Assembly (NCBI GenBank): GCA_964532425.1
Contig: CAZHIA010000001.1
Location: 124,951 to 188,950 of the forward strand
Reading direction: 5' to 3'
From: an uncultured Candidatus Saccharibacteria bacterium
Lineage (GTDB): Bacteria > Patescibacteriota > Doudnabacteria > UBA920
Length of the DNA: 64,000 nucleotides
The position numbers and the translations under genes are program-made. The notes below the pieces were generated by a model. That model did not search any database. It saw only the letters and a program-made list of their open reading frames with translations, and had not been told where the DNA came from. Below, piece by piece: positions 48,501 to 60,500 of the stretch; within the stretch, counting starts at the first letter, position 1, and each line of letters begins with the position of its first letter.

Positions 48501-51500
48501 CGGCACCGCTAACCCGACTGCTAAATTTGCAATTGGGAATGATGGTGGTGCGAGCATTGCTGGTTCCTGGATTCCGGGCAGTCAGGCCGTGGCTTACATG
48601 GGATACAGCAGTGATTTTGTAGCGATCGGTTTGAAGAACGATGGTCCGGATAATCAGAATCCATACATCACGTGGGGCGATGATGGTGCACCACTGACCT
48701 TCTCTCATTACCACTACATGACTGGCACTACTACTATTATGACTTTATTGGCTGGTGGCAACGTCGGTATCGGCTCAGCTGCTCCGGGTGCCAATCTCGA
48801 TGTGGTCGGCACGGGTAGATTTAGTTCAACCCTCACTGCCTCCAACGGCTTCACCGTCTCAGCCGGTTCAGTGACCTTGCCTAACAATTCTATTGCCAAT
48901 GCAGCGCTCCAGGGTAATGGTGCATTGACTGTGACTGCTGGCACAGGCCTCTCGGGCGGCGGCTCAGTCGCACTTGGTTCATCGGTGACCTTGTCACTGC
49001 CGAACACCGGCACGGCCGGCACCTATGGCTCTGCGACCCAAGTTCCGGTCTTAACTACCGATGCCCAGGGGAGAGTGACGGGTGTTACTAATACCACTAT
49101 CTCTGGCGTAGCTCCTGGCGGTTCTGCCGGTGGTGACCTTTCTGGCACTTACCCGAATCCCACCGTGAACGGCATCAAGGGTGCAGCCGTGCCTGCCTTG
49201 TCTGCTGGGTTCCTCAAATACAATGGGTCAGCCTGGACGTTTGATTCTTCTACTTACTTAACGGGTAATCAGACCATTACCTTGTCTGGTGACATTACTG
49301 GCAGCGGTACTACGGCTATTACAACTGCTATTGGTGCTGGCAAGGTTACCAACACCATGTTAGCTGGATCGATCGATCTAACCACCAAAGTCACCGGCAT
49401 CCTGCCAGTTTCTAATGGTGGTTCGGGTGCCAACACTTTGACTGGAGTCTTAAAGGGGAACGGCACGTCTGCCTTTACCGCGATGACCGGCACGCAGAAT
49501 TATGTTACTCGCTGGACTGATGCCAACACGCTCGGAACCGGAGTGTTGTTTGATAATGCCACGAATGTCGGTATTGGAAATTCTGGGCCGAACGAAAAAT
49601 TGGAAGTGAGCGGAACCATTCGTTCCAATTACGATTACACTTCTTCAGTGGTATTTACGGATGGTTGGGCCGCCAATGATTATCAAAACTTTGTGCAAGT
49701 AACTCCGGGTTCGGCCGGTGCTTCAGGCTTGTACGAAATTACTATTGATTCGACTCGCGGCAATTTGGCCGAATCATCCACTTATATGGCTGCGGTTGAC
49801 CATTCTAACGCCAATGTCTGGAGGGAAGCGGGTGTTATAAATGATAATGCGTACGTCAATAACACCAGATGTTTTACTGTTGATGTTAACGGAAATTACG
49901 GCGCAGTCCAGTTCCGCGTCCGCGCTTTGAAGGCGAGTGCTTCCTGCGGGATCACTGGAAATCTGACAGTGAACGTCAAAGTACGATCGGTAGGTAGGAA
50001 CACCGCTTGGAGCGCGTTGTCTAGCGGAGGAAGTGGGGGGACGGTAACCGGTTTTCAGTCCATGACTGGACTGTCTTGGAATTTGTATACGGGAAATCCT
50101 TACAGCGGAGCTGGTAATTTAGCCATAAGTGCCGCAAGCTCAGGCAACGTCGGTATTGGGACGACGAGTCCGGAACAAAAGCTGCAAGTGCAGGGTAATA
50201 TTGCCTTGGGGTATAACGTAATAGGCGGCGGTTTGGGTTACGGCGGTGTTGGGGCATCGTCGGGCAGTACCATAAAACTCCAGGATAACTCTACTGGGGA
50301 CATGGTTTTTACCTCCAACTATCGGTACATGTTTAACAGTTTGTATAACAGCAATACCAGTTTAGCTATAACAAGAGAAGGTAATGTCGGCATTGGAACC
50401 ACAACTCCTAATCAAACCTTGGAAGTTGTCGGTAGCTTTGGTATAAGCAATGGGAATAGCAATACCCGGGTTGTTATGACACCAGTATTCGCTAACACGT
50501 TGCAATTCAGCTATGGCGGGACAGGGGCTAACATCGGCAGTTTGACCAATGGTTCCTACTTATTATTAGGCCCGTCTGGCAGTACCACCACCCCGGTATA
50601 TGCATTCACCAATGACGCCAATACCGGCATTGGCACTGCAGGGAACAGCAGCGACACCATCAGTTTGATTACCGCCGGCTCCAGTAGGATGTTTATTGAT
50701 GCTAATGGAAATGTGGGTGTTGGTTCTACAGTACCAGGTTATGCTTTGGATGTTTCGTCAGGGACAATAAATGGAAATTCTTATAGAGTTGCTGGCGATG
50801 CGTTGGCGCAATCGAACGGCACAACGATAGCAATTGGTTCTGCTGCTTCGCGAAATCTGTCGTTCTATGCCGGAGCAGTGGATAGGATGTTCATTACAAA
50901 TCAAGGTAATGTTGGCATTGGCACCACCACTCCGCAAGCGACCTTGGACGTCAACGGTTCCTTCAATGTATACGGCGGGGCAATCAACTACAATACGACT
51001 ACGGCTTTAACCACGATCGACAACTTGCAATTGGGTAGCATGAGCTTTGACAGCAATGCCGGTCAGGTTACCTGGATGGATATGCCCGTGACCTCTGCGG
51101 CTACGGTTGGCACCATTGAATCTTATACCGCACAAATTGATGGTACTCCGCTGCTCACGGTTTATTCTGAATCCAACGGTTCAGGTGGTATCCAAAATGG
51201 CCGGATTGGCGTAGGTACGACCACTCCGACCCAGACCCTAGTAGTCAACGGCACCATGCAGATTACGGGCGGTGCACCTGGAATCGGTAAAGTGTTATCG
51301 AGTGATGCCAATGGCATTGCTTCCTGGGTGGCAACTTCTACGCTCGCTGTCTCTCCGTCTGGCGCTGCTTCCGGCGATCTCTCCGGCACTTACCCGAACC
51401 CGACGGTGGCCAAGATCAACGGCGTGGCGCTAGGTTCGACCACGGCTACGGCTGGTAACCTCCTGATTGGTTCTGGTTCCCAGTGGGTCTCTACTGCCTT

Positions 51501-54500
51501 GAGCGGGGATGCCACCATCAACAGTTCTGGTGCCTTAACCTTAAAGAACACTGGCACGGCCGGTACCTACGGCTCAGCCTCCCAAGTCCCGGTTTTGACT
51601 ACCGATGCCCAGGGGAGAGTGACCGGCGTAACGAACACATCAATCGCGATTGGTGGAGCAGCCATCACGTCCGGCGTGGTTGGCACAACTTACGGTGGCA
51701 CGGGCCAGAACTCTTCTGCTTGGAACGGCATGGTTAAAACCGTCGGTGGTACTTGGTCAGCCGTGCAGGGTACGACCGGCTACAATGCCTACTGGTCAGA
51801 TGCCAATACCATTGCAGCTGAACAGTATACCGCTGTGACCCGCGGTGGTACCGGCGCTGGTACCTTAACCGGTGTACTGAAAGGCAACGGCACCTCAGCC
51901 TTTACTGCGATGACTGGCACCCAGAATTACATCACCAAGTGGACTGACGCCAACACCATTGGTAATTCGATAATGTTAGACAATGGTACGAATGTGGGTA
52001 TTGGGAGTGCGAGTCCTGGATACAAGCTGGATGTAGTTGGTACAGGAAAATTCAGTAACACATTGACCTTAGGTGACAGCAGTCCGACTATCTTACAGTC
52101 GAGCAGAGGAGCTACCAACGGCAGCCAAATCATTTTGGGTCAGACATATGTACCGACTTTTGGTGGTAGATATTCTGGGGCAGAGGCATTTATGGCCAGC
52201 AACGCGTACCAAACAACCGATAACGTTGATGCTTGGGCAAAAGGAGCGGGTACATATGGCTCAACTATCGCCTTGTTGGGTATTAGTTCTACAGTAACAA
52301 ACCCTGCTTTCCAGATAAAATATTCTCCCGGCAACACAGCTTCTGCCGGACTCGGCTCCTTCTTTACCTCGGACCTGCTTACTGTATTGGGTAATGGCAA
52401 TGTAGGTATTGGAACGTCAGTGCCGGGGTATAAACTGCATGTAAATGGTGATACATTAATCAATGCCAACCTTTACCTGGCAACAGCGGGTGCGAGATTG
52501 GGCAGCGATGGATCTGGCAGTATAGATTTTAATTACAACACTGGCTCGACTAATTCTTGGAATTGGTATGGCGGTGGTACGACCAAATTGGTCACCATGA
52601 CCAATGGTGGCAATGTTGGTATTGGAACGAGTAATCCAGTAGCTAAGCTGCACATTCATGGTAATTACAACAATACCGGTAGCGGCGGTTTCCTGTTAGA
52701 CGCGACTGATACCTCTGATCCGAACACCTATTCGTTGCGCATTAATCCCTACGTTGTGGGTGCTGCGAAAGTTGGATACCAGTTCGTTACCACAAGCGCT
52801 ACCGGCGGTACCAGCACGCCGTTGACTTTTGACAATGCCGGCAACGTGGGCATTGGTTCTACATTGCCTGGCTACAAACTCGATGTGGTTGGCACCGGCC
52901 ACTTCACTGGCGCATTGACCTTGGATACTGATCTCACCGTAGCTAACGGCGGTACCGGCGTCTCTACCTTTACTACCAATGGCGTACTCTATGGCAATGG
53001 TGCCAATGCCCTGAATGTGACGACTGCCGGTACGGCTGGCCAGATCCTTATGGCTAACGGTTCAGCAGTGCCCACCTTTACCACCATGAGCGGCGATGCC
53101 ACCATTAGTGGCACGGGTGTCATTAGCCTAAAGAACACCGGCACGGCCGGCACCTATGGCTCTGCTACCCAAGTGCCAGTCCTGACCACCGATGCACAGG
53201 GAAGAGTTACCGGTGTTACCAATACCACTATCTCAGGAGTAGCTCCAGGCGGTTCAGCCGGTGGTGATCTAACGGGTACCTACCCGAACCCCACCGTGAA
53301 CGGCATCAAGGGTGCAGCCGTGCCTGCCTTGTCTGCTGGGTTCCTCAAATACAATGGGTCAGCTTGGACCTTTGATTCTTCTACTTATTTAACCGGTAAC
53401 CAGACCATAACTCTCTCCGGCGATGTCTCTGGTTCAGGTACTACAGCTATTACCACCGCTATCGGTGCTGGTAAAGTTACCAACATCATGCTCGCTGGCA
53501 GTATTGCTGCCTCCAAGCTCGTTGGCACTGATATTACCACCGTGGGAGCCTTAACCTCCGGTTCCATTGCTTCAGGCTTTGGCACCATTGCTACGGCTAA
53601 CACCATTACTGGTACGACCATTAATGGTACTACCGGTATTAACACCGGTGCGGGTGCCGGTACCCAGCGCATCGATGCCTCCGGCAACCTCGTGAATATC
53701 GGCACTATTACCTCAGGGTTAATTAACGGCCAGACCATTTCTGCGGCTGCTAACTTTACGGGCACTGTAAATGTGGCAACGAGTATTACTACTGGAGGGT
53801 ACCATAATTTAGGTAATGACAATTTCCTGTATAACGGTGATTTTGAAACAGGGAATTCAGCTGGTTGGAGCGGGGTGACCTCAGTTGTTACTGGCGGTTA
53901 TTCCGGAAAATATACTTCGCAAATTACCGGCCCGAGCTACCTCGTCAGCGATGATTATATTCCGGTAAATCCGGTGACTGACGTATTCCAGTTGGAAGCC
54001 TGGGTAAAAAAGACTGTTGCTGGCGGGACGCCGGGAATCCTGTATTTCGGTTATTACGCGTATGATGCTAACAAAACGGTGATAACTTCTTCTCCATGTG
54101 GAAGCTATTGTTACTTTGCTACTTCGGGCTGGACAGTTCCTGTAGATGGAAATTGGCATAAAGTCAGCGCTACGACTTATGGTGAAAGTACAAATGCCCC
54201 AAGCTTCCCGGTCGGGACTAAATTTATTCAGGTCTTGGGCTTAGTCAACTACTCAGCTTCGGGAGATGCAGTTACCCAAATAGACCACATCACCCTAAAG
54301 CGCATAAACAATGGACCCTTGTTCGTTGGCAATAATTTTACCAGCACCAATTTGGTTGACCAAACTCAGGTTACGCAGCTATATACCACCTCGGGAAATA
54401 ATTTCGTTATAACTCCTCCGGGATCCGGTAATGTCGGTATTGGCTCGGCTTCACCCAGCTACAAACTCGATGTGGTTGGCACCGGCCACTTCACTGGCGC

Positions 54501-57500
54501 ATTGACCTTGGATACTGATCTCACGGTAGCTAACGGCGGTACCGGCGTCTCTACCTTTACTACTAACGGCGTACTCTATGGCAATGGTGCCAATGCTTTG
54601 AATGTGACCACTGCTGGTACGGCTGGCCAGCTCCTGATGGCCAATGGTTCAGCAGTGCCCACCTTTACCACCATGAGTGGCGATGCCACCATCAATGGGA
54701 CTGGTGTGATTGCCTTAAAGAACACTGGTACGGCCGGCACCTATGGCTCAGCGACCCAAGTTCCAGTCTTAACTACCGATGCCCAGGGGAGAGTCACCGG
54801 TGTTACCAATACGACCATCTCAGGAGTAGCCCCAGGCGGTTCAGCCGGTGGTGACCTCTCTGGTACCTACCCCAATCCCACGGTAGCTAAGATCAACGGC
54901 GTGGCGCTTGGTTCAACGACTGCTACGGCTGGCAACCTCCTCATTGGCTCTGGTTCCCAGTGGGTCTCGACTGCCATGTCTGGTGATGTCACGATCAATT
55001 CTTCCGGCGTCTCTGCCATTGGCGCACTCAAAGTTACCAATGCCATGATTGCCAATTCCACCATTGACCTGACTACGAAGGTGACTGGAATCTTGCCGGT
55101 TGCCAACGGCGGTTCCAGTGCTAATACCTTAACTGGTGTCTTAAAAGGTAACGGCACCTCGGCTTTTACGGCTATGACCGGTACGCAGAACTATGTCGCG
55201 AGGTGGACGGATGCCAATACGATCGGTACTGGGGTGCTGTTTGATAACGGTACGAACGTTGGTGTTGGTACTTCCAACCCTGCCGGAGCAAAATTACAGG
55301 TGGCAGGTGCTATAGCAGCAAACAACGATATTGGTGGCGGTGGTACTACGGGTACTGCTGGCACCGGCGGCAACACGTGGACCTTACATGGTGCGGGCAA
55401 TGGCTGGTTGTATTTGAATAATGGTAACAACAGCGCATATCATGGTCTTGCTGTCGGGCAGTTATGGGTTTCCGACATTGCTTACTTAACTAGCAATGTT
55501 AACATTCGCGGTACATTGGCAAATGACACTGGAGCAACCTTAACTGTTGGAGGTGGTACCAGCGGCTATACCAACTTTACTGGCAATGTGGGTATTGGCA
55601 GTGCAAGTCCTGGTGTAAAATTGGATGTCGCTGGAGATGTACGCTTGACCGGAACGCTATTTGGTGATATCGATAGTGGAAGGAATCTTGTTGCGGACAA
55701 TGTATATAATTCTGCCGTAACAGGTTATCAGTATACGCATGGACGCGTTTTGGTAAGCGGGAATTTGAACAGAATTGTGTTTTCGAGAGAAAGCGACTAC
55801 ACAACCAATAAAGCCAGGGTGTTGACCCCTGGGTATTACTCGGTTTCTTTCTGGTACAAAGTGGAAAATTTTGTTTCCGGTACTACCATTTATCCGAATT
55901 TAAATGACCAAGGCCTGCCAACTTTTGATGTGTCTGCAAACAAGGGCTGGACATTCTATTCCGGGACTTTGAATGTAACTCAGACTTCTTATGGTTTCTT
56001 GGATATGGAAGGAACCTTTAACTCGACTATTACCGTTTCGGATATTGTCATAGTCCGTTCTCCTAAACCTGCCCAGCAATATATGTTAGCTCCAGAAGAT
56101 ATAGTCCAATATTATGAAAACGGTAATGTTGGCATTGGTTCCATTATTCCTGGAGCCAACCTTGATGTGGTCGGTACCGGCCGCTTCTCCTCTACGCTCA
56201 CTGCTTCCAACGGCTTGACGGTCTCGGCTGGTTCGGTATCCTTGCCGAGCAACTCTATTGCTAACGCAGCCCTCCAGGGTAATGGTGCCTTGACCGTGAC
56301 TGCGGGTACTGGCCTTTCTGGTGGTGGATCAGTGGCCCTGGGTTCATCAGTAACGCTGTCACTTCCAAACGTCGGTACCGCATCCACCTATGGCTCAGCG
56401 ACTCAAGTTCCAGTCTTTACCACCGATGCCCAAGGCCGAGTCACTAGTGTGACTAACACCACCATCTCGGGTGTGGCTCCGGGCGGCTCTGCTGGCGGGG
56501 ACTTAACCGGTACTTATCCGAACCCGACCATTGCCACCGGTGCGGTGACCGGCACGAAGATCGCTGACAACACCATTACCGCTGCAGACCTGCAGGCAGG
56601 AGATTTCTCTTCGAAGATTAATTCCGGAACTTACTCTATTAATATTTCCGGAAACGCGAACTATGTAAATTCCGTTGACACCAGAAATACGAATGATGTC
56701 CCGCAGGATTTTGGATCGCTTGTGAAGTTTGATTTTAAAGCCAATGCCACCAATGGCTTGTCCGACGGAGGCGGGTATAACGGCGTCATGACCTGGAGAA
56801 GGTATGGTTCTGGAACCGACATGTCCGGCGGCTATCCGCAGCAAATTGCATACAGCGATAATAACAATTTGTGGCACCGCATCGGCACCGGAAACACGAC
56901 CTGGGGTTCTTGGGTCAAAGTTTGGGACGCAAACAACCTGACCAACTTGAATCAGTTATCCAACGGGCCGGGATATTTAACTTCCGTTAACAACAGCAAC
57001 TGGTCAGGCACCCAGCTCTCCGTGTCCAACGGCGGTACCGGTGCCACATCTCTGACAGGCGTGCTGAAAGGAAATGGCACTTCCGCATTTACAGCCATGA
57101 CTGGCACTGCTAATTATGTCGCCAGGTGGACTGATGCCAATACCATTGGCACGGGTGTATTGGTAGACAACGCTACCAACGTGGGTATTGGCAGCGCTAG
57201 CCCCGGAGTAAAGCTGGATGTTGCAGGAGCAATTGCTGCCACGGGCGCACCGAATAAGGGATATAATATGAATGCCGGCTCTTATGGTGGTAATACGTAC
57301 TATGCCTATGACAGCTTCTGTGCGGGTGAAAGCAATGGTAATTGCCAGGGAACAGGCGGTGTAATTATTGGCCGCGCCAACACTTCCGCGTATACCAATT
57401 TCCCGAATAGCGGTAGCAGCTTTATCGGCGGCAACCTTGGCCTCGGTGCAGTTGCGCCGGCAGCAAAGCTGGAAATAGATACCGCCAGTTCCGCATCAAC

Positions 57501-60500
57501 TGTAGAGGGCATGAGACTGCTTAACCCGAACACCGGTGCGGGTGGGGTACAAATGCGATTGGGGCAGTATACCACCGGCTACGCGGCAAGCATAGAAACG
57601 GTTGGAAATCCGGTTTCCTATTATGGATCAAGCCTGTGGCTGCGGCCTGGACTGCGTTCCGGCGCAAATACGCTCGGCAACGGTGTCTTTATAGACACGT
57701 ATGATAACGTAGGTGTTGGGACAACAAATCCTACCTATAAGTTGGAAGTGCAAGGGAATTTTAGGGCGTTTACCGCTTCCGGAGCAAATTCCATGGGTGT
57801 ATCTGCTGCAAACGGTAGTCAGTCGGAAATTTTCATCGATCAAAACGGCGTTAGGGCATGGCATTTGCAGAACTTGGCCACGAGCGGGGATTTGCTGCTT
57901 AGCGATGGTGGTGTCAATAATATGTATTGGCAAAAAGCCACGGGTAATGTTGGCATTGGTTCAACAGCTCCGGGCTACAAGTTGGATGTTCAAGGCGATG
58001 CCAGGGTCACGAGCAAATTGTGGCTCGACGCGGCAGAAGGCTTGGGTGTATATGGAATTCGCGGCCGCAATACGAATGAACAGGTGGAAATGTATCAAAA
58101 AGTGTCGATAGGCTATCCAGCCGGTTGGGGTAGTTTCCCGCAAGCTCCAGCGTACGGTTTGTATACATATGGCGGCGCGGTCCTTGCCGGTAATCAAGGC
58201 AATGTCGGTATTGGTAGCGCTAGTCCCGGATATAAATTAGTGGTCTCAGGAGATTCTCAGACAACCGGGTTGTTCTATGACAACCAGGGTTTTGTAGAGC
58301 AACAGAATTCTTACGAATGGAATTGGCATGGCCGCCGCTGGGCTTCGGGTTATGACGGCAGTGTTAGGACCAAGCTATTTGCGGATTTCTATGACAATAC
58401 CACGACTCCGGCTCAGGAAAAATGGATCCATACCAATACATTGGATGCAAACACCCGGCTGGACGGCAGTACTGTTTGGGGCGATGTCCACGCATACATT
58501 GCTATGTGGACTACGTATATTTATGTCCAGCGGCCGTTTACGGTCACTAACGTCACATTAAACGGCGACGATCCGTATGCCCTCTATATTAATGGTGCAT
58601 ACGTGACTGGCGCTGACTCCTGCTGCAGCGGTACAGTGTATTCCTACACATTCAACACCGGCTGGTACCGCCTGGACATGATCTATTCCGAGTCCGGCGG
58701 CGGTCACTATGTCTCGCTCGGTTGGAACCCCAAAGACTACACAGCCTATATTGCTACTATGACCCCATACGGTCCGCAGGATGCCATTTTTACCAAGGAT
58801 GGCAACGTCGGTATTGGGACGAGCTCACCAAGCAAGACATTGGCTGTGCAGGGCGACATTAACTTCACTGGCAACCTCTACCAAAATGGCTCACTATTCA
58901 CCAGTGGTGGTGGCGGTAATTCAGCGTGGACTATTGGCAGTGGTAAGATATATAACGCCACCTCTACGGACAACGTGGGTATCGGTACCTCGAATCCGAC
59001 CGATTTATTGACTGTTGGCAATGGCTCGATTAATCCTATCATCACCCTCAATGCCAATAGCTGGGGCCAGCTCGGTACCACCAAGACTTTAACCTTAGAA
59101 GGCGGCACGGGTATTAATCTCAAGACTAACGGCACCTCGCGCATGTACGTTGATTCGTCAAGCGGCAACATCGGCATTGGCACGACCAATACCAGTGCTA
59201 CCTTAGACGTGGTCTCATCGGTATCTGCCAGTAGCGGGTACGGGTATGCGACCAAGATTTCTCCCACCTTGAACGCTACGGCTAATAATGACACCATGGC
59301 GGCCTTAAGAATCTCTCCTTTAGTGGGAGGCAGCTATACCGGCCTTAAGTATATGGGCTTAATGGTCAACGATGTCTCGTCCGGCGGTAATGCCCAAACG
59401 CATTATGGCGTGTACAGCTCCCTGGTCCCCAACTATGGGGCGGGAGGCGTTGGTTATGGGTTATATGCCACGAACATTGCTACAGCATTTCAGAATACGT
59501 ATTACGGCGTCTATTCCGACGTCAACCAATCGTCCGGAACTGCATATGCCGGTGCCTTTATGGGCGGCAATGTGGGTATCGGCACGGCTAGTCCCACTGA
59601 AACTCTGCACCTGTACGGGACTAATCCTAATTTGCTCCTTAACAGCAACAACGGCTCGTACGCGGATTTAGACTTTGCTACCTATAATTTGGGAGGAACC
59701 GCGCCGACTGCCCGCATCAGGGCTTTAGACAACAACTATTCATCAGATTTGCAGTTCATGACCAAAAACCCCGGGGCGGCCGGCAATATTTTAGCCGAAA
59801 GAATGCGTCTGACCAATTACGGCAATTTTGGTATCGGCACCTCTACGCCCAATTACAAGCTGGTAGTGGCAGACGGTTCCGGCAACGGGGTCTTTAGTGT
59901 CGATAATTCCGCCACGGCTTCCAACGCTGGCATGGACATCACGGCTGGCCCGTCCCAATCCGGCAACCTCTTGAACTTCCTCTCGTCCGGCGGCACGCTG
60001 TTGACCTCGGTCTCGCAGTACGGCGGCCTGATGGTCAACATTTCCTCCTCGACTGCCTTCCAGGTGGCTAATGGTTCAGGTACCAGTGTCCTCAATGTGA
60101 ATACCGTCTCAACGAACGTCGGTATTGGCACTGTGTCACCGGACTACAAGTTGCGGGTAGAAGGCAGCCTGTTCGTCAATAATTCCTTGACGGACAAGCT
60201 TTCCAACACTTCCTGGACTAACCCGTCCGATATTCGCTTAAAGGATGTCCAGGGCACTTTCGACTCGGGCATGAACGAGCTGCTCCAGCTGCAGCCCATC
60301 CGCTATACCTTTAAGAACAATAATCCGTTCGGAGCTGATCCGGCCGCGCCGCATATCGGCTTTGTCGCTCAAGAAGTCCAGCAGGTCCTGCCTGAGGCGG
60401 TCACCGTCGGACAGGACGGGTATCTCCGCTTTACGGCTGATGCGGTCCTCTGGACCATGCTCAACTCTATTAAGCAGGTTGGCCAATCTATTACTCTGCC

